Positions 1 to 9,791 of a DNA stretch of 49,180 nt are shown in pieces. The notes beneath the pieces were generated by a model. The model ran no database searches and had not been told where the DNA came from. It worked only from the letters and a program-made list of their open reading frames with translations. The position numbers and the translations under genes are program-made. Within the stretch, counting starts at the first letter, position 1. Each line of letters begins with the position of its first letter. The stretch comes from Thermodesulfobacteriota bacterium (GTDB taxonomy: Bacteria > Desulfobacterota > Desulfobulbia > Desulfobulbales > SURF-16), in contig JBFMAY010000029.1 of NCBI GenBank assembly GCA_040755455.1, positions 1-49,180 of the forward strand, read 5' to 3'.

Positions 1-346
1 CATTCTCCTTGGTTTTGCTTTGGTGGTACAAAACAATACCATGATATGTCATGAAGCTCAATTATTTCAATATGTTACTTGATATTTTCCCGTTAGGAAA
101 ATATTCAGTCATTTTGCAAGAGGCTCAAGGGAAAGGCAAAACCAAAGGTGTGGAGCCAGATTGGCTGTTTTTCCATCCGCATCATCATGAGGGCTGCCTT
201 TGTCATGGGCATGATTGATGGCGAAAAACAGGGGCGTTGGTGTGGACATGCAGTTGTCGCCTAACAGCCCATTGCCTACGATTATCATACTCCATCTTAC
301 AAATAACTTACAGATTGGGCGAAAAAATAAAATTGTGGGGCACATT

Positions 347-452
347 TTACTCATAGGCACCCACACCCACCTCTGCGACCAGGTCTTTGCTCAGGACAGG
401 CAGGAAGTAATCCACCGGGCGCAGGAAACGGGCATGGGGGGCTGTGATCATT
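347..452 (+). pseudogene. tatD: TatD-family hydrolase N-terminal remnant
   Basis: Translates as LLIGTHTHLCDQVFAQDRQEVIHRAQETGMG, matching the TatD start (xIDTHxHL...F..DR..VI.RA...G). There is no start codon and Asp is replaced by Gly. After a G-run the similarity appears to continue in another frame (GAVII), then is lost. Confidence 0.6.
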
Positions 453-486
453 CCACGCATGAGTTCGGTTCATTCCGCCGCAATTT

Positions 487-2475
487 TTACCTCTTCCCCA
501 ACTCCCGCTGAAAGTGCTTAAAACTCAGAGGCGCCGGGCCGCCGTCGTGGCCGGGCTGCAGTGCCCTGGCCAGATAGCGCTGCATGAAGGAGTCCTCCCG
601 CCTGCGGGCCTCGGCCAGGGAGAATTTGGGGCGGAGGGCATTCTTCGGCCTATGGCCGGAATTTTTTGCCCCTTGCCATCCTTGGGCAAAGGCCCTCTGG
701 CCATAGCGCAGCAGGTAGAGAAAGGAGTGGTGGGTGGAGATGGCTCCGGCCCAGGGGTAATGGTCGAGGTGGTAGTGCCGGGAAAGGGCGGCGATGCTGT
801 CATCAAGTGAATCAACAGAGTCTTCATCGTCGTCGCTTGCGGTCATGCGGTACAGGGGGAAAAGCCTGAAGACATCGCCCGCGGTATGGTAGATCGAGGC
901 AATGCCGAACTGCGCCGGCCGGCAGGCGATGCGCGAGCCGGGGGTGAGATTGAAGTCGCCGACGATGAACTGATCGATCATGGCGTTTTCCGCCTCGATG
1001 AGGGCCAGGGTTTGGGCCGCTTCCAGCCGGGTTTCGCCCGGATGATTGACAAAGGTCATCCAGCTGGTGGCGATGCCCGCCTGGTGAAAATTGCGGTTGA
1101 TGCGGCGGATCAGCTCCGCCTTGATGCCCTTGTTCATCAGCCCCAGGACCCGGTCCGAGCCGCTTTCGATGCCGAAGGCCACGGCGCGGAGCCCGGCCTG
1201 CTGGAGCAGCCGGCAGTTCTCCGGGGTGTAGGCGGCCTCAATGCGCAGGTCGGTTGACCAGCGGATATCCAGCCCCGCATCAATGATGCCGCGGGCCAGG
1301 TCGAGGGCATAGGCCGGGGCCAGCACATCGCAGGAGAGATAGAAATTTTTCACCCCGAACTCTTCCTGCAGGCCGCGCAAATCGGCCACCGCCTGTTTCA
1401 CCGGGATTTCCCGGTAGAGGTGGCGGCCCGACTGGTTGAAGCCGTAACAGCAGAAGGAGCATTTGTTCCAGTAGCAGCCCCTGGTGGGGCTGTAGAGCAG
1501 CAGACGGTCCGGCGCCAGATAGCGGTTCAGTTCGAGATCGCCGTAATCCGGGGCCGCGCCGTCGGCCAGGTTCAGGGTCCAGGCCGGCCCTCGCAGGATG
1601 GCGCCGGTGGCCGGATCTTGCATCATCAGGTTGGGGATGGCGGCGAGCCGCTCCGGATCGGCAAGACCTGCGGCCAGCAGCGGCAGCAACTCTTCCAGGG
1701 TTTTTTCCCCCTCCTGCAGGCCCACTGCGTCCGCGTAGTCGAAAATCCGTTTTACCGCCTCCGGACTGCCGTGCCGGACGATCTGATCAAGGCATGGACC
1801 GCCCAGCATGATGAAACAGGCCGGGAAATACTCCCTGATCAGTCTGCACAGGTAAAAGGTTTCGGGAATCTGGGAAACAAAGGTCAGGGAAAGGCCGATA
1901 AAAGGCGGCGGGGTGAGACCTGCCAGCTGGGCGCGGTAAAAGGGGTCAAACGGACTGCAGCGGCCGCCGATATAATGGTCCAGCAGGTCGAAGTCCCAGG
2001 GCGCGGCCAGATGATTGGCCTGGTTGAAGCTGAAGCGGAAGGGGAAAAAAACCGCCTCCATGAGGCGGAAGAGCTCCTCCAGGCCGTTGCGGCCGCGCTG
2101 GTAAGCCTTTTTCTGGTAAAACTGGCGCGCATCCCGCATGACCGCGGCGCATTGGCCGAAATCCCGGTCCAGGGTCATGGCCTCCGCCACCCGCCGGTAT
2201 TCCATCTGTTCATGCAGCAAGAGCCTGCGCCGTTTGTTCAAATCATGGAAACGATCCGCCAGCCGCTGCCGCCATCCATCAATGGTGCCAGGGTCCAGCA
2301 GGAAATCAAGCCCGGCAATATTGAGATCCCGCACCACTGCCTCGATGCCGCGTTGCCGCAGATAGCCCTTGAGGGTGGGCAGGGCCACATAGGGCCAGGT
2401 GGGATCGGCGAAAGGCGGAAAGAGTAGCAGGGCTTTGCCGGCCGGCATCGGTTGGCGGCAATTGACGTTTTTCAT
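487..2475 (-). CDS. B12-binding domain radical SAM protein (class B methyltransferase-like)
   Basis: N-terminal LLFPP...PYVALPTLKGYL cobalamin-binding region, GGP motif, RGCYWNKCSFC (CxxxCxxC) and FGIESGSDRVL. Confidence 0.9.
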   Translation of the reverse strand: MKNVNCRQPMPAGKALLLFPPFADPTWPYVALPTLKGYLRQRGIEAVVRDLNIAGLDFLLDPGTIDGWRQRLADRFHDLNKRRRLLLHEQMEYRRVAEAMTLDRDFGQCAAVMRDARQFYQKKAYQRGRNGLEELFRLMEAVFFPFRFSFNQANHLAAPWDFDLLDHYIGGRCSPFDPFYRAQLAGLTPPPFIGLSLTFVSQIPETFYLCRLIREYFPACFIMLGGPCLDQIVRHGSPEAVKRIFDYADAVGLQEGEKTLEELLPLLAAGLADPERLAAIPNLMMQDPATGAILRGPAWTLNLADGAAPDYGDLELNRYLAPDRLLLYSPTRGCYWNKCSFCCYGFNQSGRHLYREIPVKQAVADLRGLQEEFGVKNFYLSCDVLAPAYALDLARGIIDAGLDIRWSTDLRIEAAYTPENCRLLQQAGLRAVAFGIESGSDRVLGLMNKGIKAELIRRINRNFHQAGIATSWMTFVNHPGETRLEAAQTLALIEAENAMIDQFIVGDFNLTPGSRIACRPAQFGIASIYHTAGDVFRLFPLYRMTASDDDEDSVDSLDDSIAALSRHYHLDHYPWAGAISTHHSFLYLLRYGQRAFAQGWQGAKNSGHRPKNALRPKFSLAEARRREDSFMQRYLARALQPGHDGGPAPLSFKHFQRELGKR

Positions 2476-2510
2476 GTCAGTGGGTGGCTTGGCTGCCTGG
2501 GATAAGCGGA

Positions 2511-4310
2511 TTACAATGAATTCTGCCTGATGCTGGTACCCGGCGCCGGGTTTGGCGCTGGTTCGTCAACGAAATCAAGGAAAGAGAAAAAGCCAAAGCC
2601 GGGGAAAAGGGGTTCGGCATCCATGGCATTGGCCATAATCGTCATGTATTGTTCCCGGAAGGCGTTCATGTCGACCGGACCATTCAGGAAGCTGGCCTTC
2701 TTGGCTGCATGGCTCTGTCTGGCTTTGTTCTGCGTCACGTAGCTGAGGATGATCTTCGGGACATCGTAGTGATGTATTTTGCGATAGCGGACCGCCTGGC
2801 CGTTTTCGACGATGTAGATTCTGTTCAGATGGATGGAGTCTTCGGCATTGTCGAGATAGTTGAGATCGGCATAGGTCTTTGGGCCTAAAGAAAGCGACGG
2901 CAGGTGATCGCTCACCAGGATGATGATGCTTTTCGGATCGATCCGCAAGAGTTCCCGCACGTACCGGGCAATGGCCTCGGTGCGGTAGTAGTACTGGTTT
3001 ACCGCCTTCTCGATAAATCCGTCCCGGAACTCTCCCTGCATGGTGATAACCAGGGGCCGCTTGTCAGTGTTGATGTCATGGGGAGTATGGCCGTACATGC
3101 TCATGATGTAGTTGAAAAGAGGCTGGTCCGGATTCTCCTTGACCCGTTTCGCAATAAACGCCAGATTCTGGGCTAACAGATCCCCGTCAAACATGTAGGT
3201 CTCGCCGGTAGGGTCCCCCATGGTGAAATAGGTTTCCCGTCCCTGGGCAAATTCGCTGGGGTAGTAGATTTCACCAAAGCCCATCCCTGAGTAAGCATTG
3301 GTCGAATTAAAAAAGTCAGGCAGAAAGGCATTGGTGGCAATGGTTTGATACCCGCCCTGGGCGAGGACGTTTGGCAGACAATAGGTCTTGGCGCCGGTGA
3401 ACACATCGAACTCGACGCTGGACAGTTCGCGCATGGCCGGCACCCCGCACAGCAGCTCAAACTCGGCCTGGGCCGTACCGCCGCCGAAGATCGGCGACAC
3501 GGAAAGCCCCTCCTTGCTTTTGAACAGTTTCTCGAAATCCGGATGGGTGGGGTTACGGGAAAAGCGGGCGTTGCGCAACAGGTTGGGATCAAAAAAACTC
3601 TCCAGCACGATCAGGTGGACGTTGCCCTTGGCCCGTATGGCGTTGACCTTATCCACATCCTTGGCAAACGCCTGTTGAATGAAGGCGTGGCCGCGATAGT
3701 CGGTGGTTTTTTCCAGGGAACTTTTTCTCTTGGCCTCGTTATAGAGCGTCATGCTGATGCGGCCGATGGAGCCGGCGCTCACCCGGTCGGTACAGGGGTC
3801 GATCGTTTTCTGGGTCTTTTCAAAGGCCGCAATGAACAGATCGGGAGAAAGCTCGATCAAGAGGGGCAAGGCCAGCAGCGGCAGGGCGCCCACAACCAGC
3901 GGGCGAAACCTGCGCCATTGCAGCATGGCCAGGAAGGCGAGGATGGGCAGCACGAGCAACAGAATGGCGAGCACCCTGATGACTGGGGACAGCACCGCAA
4001 ACATCTCCGGCAGCGCGCTCACCTCCGTCATGCGCAGCAGTCGGCCGAGCATGATATGATAAACGTCGAAAATCCCGTAAAGCAGAAAAATAGGTACAGC
4101 AGTCACCAGGGCCTGCAGTCTGGATTTGCGGGTGATCAGGTTGCAGTAGTAGTAAAAGTACAGGAGAAGCGGGATTTCCAGGCGCCAGGCGGTGTGCATC
4201 GACGGCAATCCGCCGTGCTGCTGCATGACCCCTGTGTAGGCAAAGAGGAACAGCAGGAAGACAAGGTACCGGGAAGTCAATGGTTTCAGTGGGGAGAGGG
4301 AAAGGCGCAT
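2511..4310 (-). CDS. LTA synthase family / sulfatase-like membrane protein
   Basis: N-terminal TM helices; NVHLIVLESF, GGGTAQAEFELLCG, HTPH and VSDHLP motifs. Confidence 0.85.
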   Translation of the reverse strand: MRLSLSPLKPLTSRYLVFLLFLFAYTGVMQQHGGLPSMHTAWRLEIPLLLYFYYYCNLITRKSRLQALVTAVPIFLLYGIFDVYHIMLGRLLRMTEVSALPEMFAVLSPVIRVLAILLLVLPILAFLAMLQWRRFRPLVVGALPLLALPLLIELSPDLFIAAFEKTQKTIDPCTDRVSAGSIGRISMTLYNEAKRKSSLEKTTDYRGHAFIQQAFAKDVDKVNAIRAKGNVHLIVLESFFDPNLLRNARFSRNPTHPDFEKLFKSKEGLSVSPIFGGGTAQAEFELLCGVPAMRELSSVEFDVFTGAKTYCLPNVLAQGGYQTIATNAFLPDFFNSTNAYSGMGFGEIYYPSEFAQGRETYFTMGDPTGETYMFDGDLLAQNLAFIAKRVKENPDQPLFNYIMSMYGHTPHDINTDKRPLVITMQGEFRDGFIEKAVNQYYYRTEAIARYVRELLRIDPKSIIILVSDHLPSLSLGPKTYADLNYLDNAEDSIHLNRIYIVENGQAVRYRKIHHYDVPKIILSYVTQNKARQSHAAKKASFLNGPVDMNAFREQYMTIMANAMDAEPLFPGFGFFSFLDFVDEPAPNPAPGTSIRQNSL

Positions 4311-4548
4311 TGCATCTATATACCACTAACGGCGGGTGTTTTCAACAGGGGAAAGGCCAGGTGAGGTTGGTTCACTTGACCTGCATGTTTTTTCACCTCT
4401 ATTGTTTCCCGTCCTTATCCCCTTAGGGACTCTGATCCGCGGAGGGAGAATGCCACATCAAATATCAGAGTATGCCAAATTATCCCCAAGTTGGGATGTC
4501 TACCGAGCCCACCCTCGAAAGGGGTATCTCAAGCACAACCACCGCTGA

Positions 4549-5658
4549 TCAGTTACGGGTTTTGTGTTTGGACAAGACGCCGCGGCTCCGGTTTTTCTTC
4601 AGCATCCCGGCGACGGTAAACAAAGCAAGGCAGAGAACAAAACCGATGCCCACGCCGATAAATATTTTGCCCCAGCCGCTACCAATTACCTTTGCCAAAG
4701 GAGAAGTTGCCGGTTCCGGTTGAGCAGTGGTTACGGGTGGTGTTGCAGCAACAGAAGCAGGCGGCGCAGCAGGGGCGCTGACAGCGGCGGGCTTCGGTGT
4801 TGCTTTCACAAGTTCGGGTTGCGGCGGTACGAGGCTGAAGCCCTTGGCCAACAGTTCCGCGGCCTTGGCGTCGCGCACCTTGCGGTCCTTGCTGCCCATG
4901 ACCATCGTGATGATCCGCACCCCGCCCTTCTTGGCCGTGGCGGCGATGGAAAATCCGGCCGCATCATAAAAACCGGTTTTGAAACCGTCACAGCCGGGGA
5001 CCCTGGTCAGCAGTTTGTTGTGATTGCGCATGATGAATTTATCATCGCGAAAGCCCCTGCTCTGGGTGCCGGTGTATTTTAATGCTTCAGGCCGTTTGGC
5101 CAGCTCGCGGCAGACAATGGCGAGATCACGGGCCGTGGTGACATCCGGTTGCTGTCCCGCGGAGGGCGGCAGACCGTGCACGGAGTTAAAACGGGAGTTT
5201 TTCATCCCCAATTCCTGCGCCTTCTGATTCATCAAGGCGATAAACCCCTCCTTGGAACCCGCGATATGGGTAGCCAGGGCAACCGCTGCATCGTTGGCTG
5301 ACTGTACCATCAAGGCGTAGAGGAGGTCTTCCACTGAAAATTGTTCTTTCGGGTCAAGATAGACCTGCGACCCGCCGGTTTTGGCGGCTTCCGGGGTCAC
5401 CTGCACCATCTCGTCGAGTTTCAGCGCCCCTTGCTCGATTCGGTCGAGGATAACATAGAGATTCATCAGCTTGAGCACACTGGCCGGATATACCTCGGCA
5501 TCGGCGTTTTCTTCAAACAGTGTTTTTCCGCTGTCCGCATCGATCACCAGGGCCGAAACATAAGGATCCTTGGCTATGACGTTCAGGGGGGTACGGGCGG
5601 CCATGGCGGCGGGTGCCAGCAAAACCAGGAAAAGGATACAAAGGGCAAGACGTTTCAT
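4549..5658 (-). CDS. D-alanyl-D-alanine carboxypeptidase (peptidase S11)
   Basis: Signal peptide; PASVLK (SxxK), SAN (SxN) and KTG motifs; Pro/Ala linker followed by a C-terminal TM anchor. Confidence 0.92.
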   Translation of the reverse strand: MKRLALCILFLVLLAPAAMAARTPLNVIAKDPYVSALVIDADSGKTLFEENADAEVYPASVLKLMNLYVILDRIEQGALKLDEMVQVTPEAAKTGGSQVYLDPKEQFSVEDLLYALMVQSANDAAVALATHIAGSKEGFIALMNQKAQELGMKNSRFNSVHGLPPSAGQQPDVTTARDLAIVCRELAKRPEALKYTGTQSRGFRDDKFIMRNHNKLLTRVPGCDGFKTGFYDAAGFSIAATAKKGGVRIITMVMGSKDRKVRDAKAAELLAKGFSLVPPQPELVKATPKPAAVSAPAAPPASVAATPPVTTAQPEPATSPLAKVIGSGWGKIFIGVGIGFVLCLALFTVAGMLKKNRSRGVLSKHKTRN

Positions 5659-6110
5659 ATTTTTTTACAAAGCTCCTTATCAATCAAACAGGGGGATTCA
5701 ATCCGGCATGCCTGCCGTGCCGGTGGGATTGCAAACCCTGTCTTTTTTAACCGCGTCACTCACATGATTTTCTCAATTGAGTCTGCCACGGAACCGGCAA
5801 ACCCGGCGGATTTTCTGACTGGCAGTTTATACCATTTCGAGAATTTTGCACAGGGGGTAGAAAAGGCACTTCCCCTTCCCGGAAAAGCCAGGCAAGGGGA
5901 AGTGTCAGGAAGTGGCATCAGCTTACCTGAAGTGATGGAAATTTTCAATAAGGATATCTCGGCAGGCCGGAAAGCCGCACGCGAAGGTTGCGGCGCTGTT
6001 CAGCGGATCAGCGGATTTTTAACGGTCTGGCCGGGGCTGCGCCATGCCCTTTGAAAATAAATTTCTCAAGCGCGTGAAAATCGATAAAATGAATGAATGG
6101 TTTGCCCCTC

Positions 6111-8930
6111 TCATGGCGTTGTTGCATCATCACAATTTGAAAAGAGTGAATAGCCAAAGGAATAGGGTTGGGCAAACGACCTGTAATATGACCTTATCTT
6201 GTAGGAATAAATAGCCCCTGAGGTAAGTCCGGTGTTGCTGTATGATGTGCTGTTTGCGCCCACGGTGGCAAGCAGGCTCCAGGTGCTTGTGGAATCGCAC
6301 AGGCCGGATTTCCGGGATATCCTGAAACCTGTCTCATTGGTGCTTTTGTCCGCCCAGGCGAGGTTTATCTGACTGGATAACGCGGCAGTCGCAGCAAGAC
6401 TTTTGGGCATGTAAGGAACAACCGCAATAGTGGTCGCCGGTGAACAACCACTGCTGTTGCATGCCTTGATATAATAACTGTAGGTAGTTGCCGCGGTATT
6501 TCCGTTTGCGGCAGTATCGGTGTGGCTCACCGCGTTCGCCAGTTTTGTGGCAAGAAGAGCCCAGGATGCTGTCCCAACCTTTCTATATACCTTGAAACTC
6601 GTCTCGTTGGTGGAGTTATCCGTCCAGGTCAATTTTATCTGGCTTGTGGACAGGGAGACGGCATTGAGATTGGTTGGCAACCTGGGTGTTCCGGCAAGGG
6701 CGGTTTTCGCCGCCGCGCAGTTGGAATAGGAAGAGTTGCCAGCTTCATTATAGGCCTTCACCCGGTAGGAGTAAGTGGTACTGGCGGACAACCCCGAGCT
6801 GGTAAAGGTGATGGCGTTTTCCCCTAATGTAGCGATCCGCGACCAGGCGTTAACCGAGTCACATGCCCCTATTTTCCTCTCAACCTTGAAACCTGCTTCA
6901 TCACTGGCGTTGTCCTTCCAGGTAAGTACGATGCTTGTTGCGGAAGTGGCCTTTGCTATCAGGGATGATGGGGCGGCTGGGTGGGGTATCTCAAATTCAA
7001 ACACACCGCCACCCCCGGTGCTGGCATAGATTATCGCTGGTGTAACAGGATCAATGGCCAGGGCGCGGACATAGGTGTTGGTTAATCCTGTATTAAAAGC
7101 AGCCCAGCTGCCGCCGCCATTGGTGCTCTTGCACACGCCGCCATCAGTGCCGGCATAGACTGTTGCTGGGGTGTCAGGATCGATGGCCAGGGTATGGACA
7201 TCGGCATAGGTTAACCCGGTATTCACCGCAGTCCAGGTGCCGCCGCCATCGGTGCTCTTGCACACGCCGCCATCAGTGCCGGCATAGACTGTTGCCGGGG
7301 TGTCAGGATCGATGGCCAGGGTATGGACAACGGTGTTGGTTAATCCTGTATTCACCGCAGTCCAGGTGCCGCCGCCATCGGTGCTCTTGAACAAGCCGCC
7401 GCCAAATGTGCCGGCATAGATTGTTGCCGGGGTGTCAGGGTCGATGGCCAGGGTATGGACAACGGTGTTGGTTAATCCTGTATTCACCGCGGTCCAGGTG
7501 CCGCCGCCATTGGTGCTCTTGAACACGCCGCCGCCATAATAAGTGCCGGCATAGATAGTTGCCGGGGTGTCAGGATCGATGGCCAGGGCACAGACAGAGG
7601 TGTTGGTTAATCCTGTATTCACCGCAGACCAGGTGCCGCCGCCATCAATGCTCTTGAACATGCCGCCGCCAAATGTGCCGGCATAGATTGTTGCCGGGGT
7701 GTCAGGATCGATGGCCAGGGCACAGACGGAGGTGTTGGTTAATCCTGTATTCACCACGGTCCAGGTGCCGCCGCCATCGGTGCTCTTGAACAAGCCGCCG
7801 CCATAAGTGCCGGCATAGATTGTTGCCGGGGTGTCAGGGTCGATGGCCAGGGAAATGACATGGGTGGATGTTAATCCTTTATTCACCGCGGACCAAGTGT
7901 CGCCGCCATCAATGCTCTTGAACACGCCGCCGCCAGATGTGCCGGCATAGATAGTTGTCGGGGTGTTAGGATCGATGGCCAGGGCATAGACAGAGGTGTT
8001 GGTTAATCCTGTATTCACCGCAGACCAAGTGCCGCCGCCATCGGTGCTCTTGAATACGCCGCCGCCGTAAGTGCCGGCATAGATAGTTGCCGGGGTGTCA
8101 GGATCGATGGCCAGGGCATGGACAACGGTGTTGGTTAATCCTGTATTCACCGCCGTCCAGGTGCTACCGCCATCGGTGCTCTTGAACACGCCGCCGCCAT
8201 CCCAGGTGCCGGCATAGATAGTTGCCGGGGTGTCAGGATCGATGGCCAGGAAAATGACATGGGTGGATGTTAATCCTGTATTCACCGCAGACCAAGTGCC
8301 GCCGCCATCAATGCTCTTGAATACGCCGCCGCCGTAAGTGCCGGCATAGATAGTTGCCGGGGTGTCAGGATCGATGGCCAGGGCATGGACAACGGTGTTG
8401 GTTAATCCTGTATTCACCGCAGACCAAGTGCCGCCGCCATCGGTGCTCTTGCACACGCCGCCACCCCAAGTGCCGGCATAGATAGTTGCCGGGGTGTCAG
8501 GATCGATGGCCAGGGCATAGACAGAGGTGTTGGTTAATCCTGTATTCACCGCCGTCCAAGTGCCGCCGCCATTGGTGCTCTTGAACACGCCGCCATAACC
8601 ATAATAGGTTCCTGCATAGATAGTTGCCGGGGTGTCAGGATCGATGGCCAGGGCATTGAGCTTGGTATTGGTTAATCCTGTATTCACCGCCGTCCAGGTG
8701 CCGCCGCCATCAATGCTCTTGAACACCCCGCCGCCATCGATGCCGGCATAGACTGTTGCCGGGGTGTCAGGATCGATGGCCAAGGCGTTGATATATCCCC
8801 CCTCAGGCCCATTGCTGGTCCACTCATTGATGCCGGCCTTTGCCATGCCTTTTGCAGAGAAGACCAGCAGACTGGCTAATAAAACAGCCATCAGCCAACG
8901 GCAAACCGAATTGACGCTGCAGCGAATCAT
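6111..8930 (-). CDS. Exported Asp-box beta-propeller repeat protein (14 blades) with three C-terminal fibronectin type III domains
   Basis: Signal peptide ending AKA; 14 copies of LAIDPDTPATIYAGT..GGVFKSTDGGGTW.AVNTGL; then three FN3-like units (LTWxDNS.NE.GF). Confidence 0.85.
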   Translation of the reverse strand: MIRCSVNSVCRWLMAVLLASLLVFSAKGMAKAGINEWTSNGPEGGYINALAIDPDTPATVYAGIDGGGVFKSIDGGGTWTAVNTGLTNTKLNALAIDPDTPATIYAGTYYGYGGVFKSTNGGGTWTAVNTGLTNTSVYALAIDPDTPATIYAGTWGGGVCKSTDGGGTWSAVNTGLTNTVVHALAIDPDTPATIYAGTYGGGVFKSIDGGGTWSAVNTGLTSTHVIFLAIDPDTPATIYAGTWDGGGVFKSTDGGSTWTAVNTGLTNTVVHALAIDPDTPATIYAGTYGGGVFKSTDGGGTWSAVNTGLTNTSVYALAIDPNTPTTIYAGTSGGGVFKSIDGGDTWSAVNKGLTSTHVISLAIDPDTPATIYAGTYGGGLFKSTDGGGTWTVVNTGLTNTSVCALAIDPDTPATIYAGTFGGGMFKSIDGGGTWSAVNTGLTNTSVCALAIDPDTPATIYAGTYYGGGVFKSTNGGGTWTAVNTGLTNTVVHTLAIDPDTPATIYAGTFGGGLFKSTDGGGTWTAVNTGLTNTVVHTLAIDPDTPATVYAGTDGGVCKSTDGGGTWTAVNTGLTYADVHTLAIDPDTPATVYAGTDGGVCKSTNGGGSWAAFNTGLTNTYVRALAIDPVTPAIIYASTGGGGVFEFEIPHPAAPSSLIAKATSATSIVLTWKDNASDEAGFKVERKIGACDSVNAWSRIATLGENAITFTSSGLSASTTYSYRVKAYNEAGNSSYSNCAAAKTALAGTPRLPTNLNAVSLSTSQIKLTWTDNSTNETSFKVYRKVGTASWALLATKLANAVSHTDTAANGNTAATTYSYYIKACNSSGCSPATTIAVVPYMPKSLAATAALSSQINLAWADKSTNETGFRISRKSGLCDSTSTWSLLATVGANSTSYSNTGLTSGAIYSYKIRSYYRSFAQPYSFGYSLFSNCDDATTP
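6996..8800 (-). repeat. Intragenic tandem repeat, 14 units of about 126-138 bp
   Basis: Near-identical DNA units, e.g. gttgccggggtgtcaggatcgatggccagg and gttaatcctgtattcaccgc recur about every 132 bp. Confidence 0.95.
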
Positions 8931-9118
8931 GGAAGTCCCTCAATATGCCAAATTGCCCGCGAAATCCAGGCCAGCTGTCAGCTTAACCGCCTGCGGCTGG
9001 CCGTTCCTCTTCTTTCTTCCTGGTGACCGTTTTTCCTTCCGTGCCGTTTTCGTGTCAAACCCGCGCGCCTGGCCTCCTCCCCCCTCCCCAGAAAGAAACT
9101 AACGGAAAAGGGAGCGAA

Positions 9119-9160
9119 TAAAAAAAGCCGAGTCACCGTCATGAATCAGGCAACCCGGCT
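9119..9160 (-). terminator. Intrinsic terminator forming the riboswitch expression platform
   Basis: Minus strand AGCCGGGTTGCC pairs with GGTGACTCGGCT and is followed by a T-run. The 5' arm is the 3' end of the aptamer. Confidence 0.85.
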
Positions 9161-9216
9161 GACTTTTCAGCCCCGTGGCTTTCCGTCCTCACCTTGCGGT
9201 GAGTTTGACTTTATCT
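9145..9216 (-). ncRNA. c-di-GMP-I (GEMM-I) riboswitch aptamer
   Basis: Minus strand AAAGTCAAACTCACC-GCAA-GGTGAGGACGGAAAGCCACGGGGCTGAAAAGTCAGCCGGGTTGCC. Shows P2 with a GNRA loop, the GAC-G-AAAG junction and P3 ending GGGTTGCC. Lies upstream of the 8930 start. Confidence 0.9.
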
Positions 9217-9629
9217 GTCGTTATCCTGGCAAATATTTATAACAAAATTCCATGGGTGTAAATACGGCAAATTGCCGCACCTTTTAAAAGTTATAAGCCG
9301 CCAAGATTCGCATTGGCAATCCATTGCCGTGAGTGAAACAAGGGATTGGAGGTGCTTCCGGCATCTCTTGTGATTGAAACAGCGGTTGATGATGCGTTCT
9401 GCCTATCTGGTATGGCTTGACGGTTATTCTCATCCAGCGGATTCAAGAGTGTCTTGCAGGTCAATGCCTGAACCAGGCCCAGAGAGGTGATGGTCCCCGA
9501 TATTGGTTTCTCACCTTGTGTCCTGGGTTGTCCCGTACGGAGCATTGCATCCGTCTGCCGCTTTGTAAGCACGACGAAACGACGAAACGTGACAGGACTA
9601 AAGGGAAATCAGCGGACAATCCCGAGATT

Positions 9630-9675
9630 GTAAAGTTTTGTAAACAAGGCGCTGCGCATTTTTACATAACTTAAC
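9630..9675. promoter_or_regulatory. Two oppositely oriented CpxR-type boxes upstream of the EF-hand gene
   Basis: GTAAA-gtttt-GTAAA (9630-9644) and TTTAC-ataac-TTAAC (9661-9675). Confidence 0.7.
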
Positions 9676-9791
9676 ATGAGTTTTGCCCGCTGAGGACCGA
9701 TGATGAAGGGAAACGGCCTGCCGGTCCGCCGCAGGGGTGGAGTCGCCGGGCCGGTTATTTCCTTACAACACGGACACCAAGGAGGCAGCAT

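Noticed and set aside
1..10. cattctcctt, i.e. a minus-strand RBS (AAGGAG) and ATG of a gene leaving the window
   Set aside because: Plausible, but only the start codon is visible, so no product can be supported.
6996..8800. Regular repeats with variable segments as a CRISPR array or DGR target
   Set aside because: The units are in-frame protein repeats in one long ORF. There are no unique spacers, cas genes, reverse transcriptase or separate template repeat in the window.
9209..9209. cGAMP-sensing (GEMM-Ib) variant of the riboswitch
   Set aside because: The discriminating position is G, not A.
9320..9380. gagtgaaac / gattgaaac resembling CRISPR repeat ends
   Set aside because: Only two short, dissimilar occurrences; no repeat-spacer periodicity.
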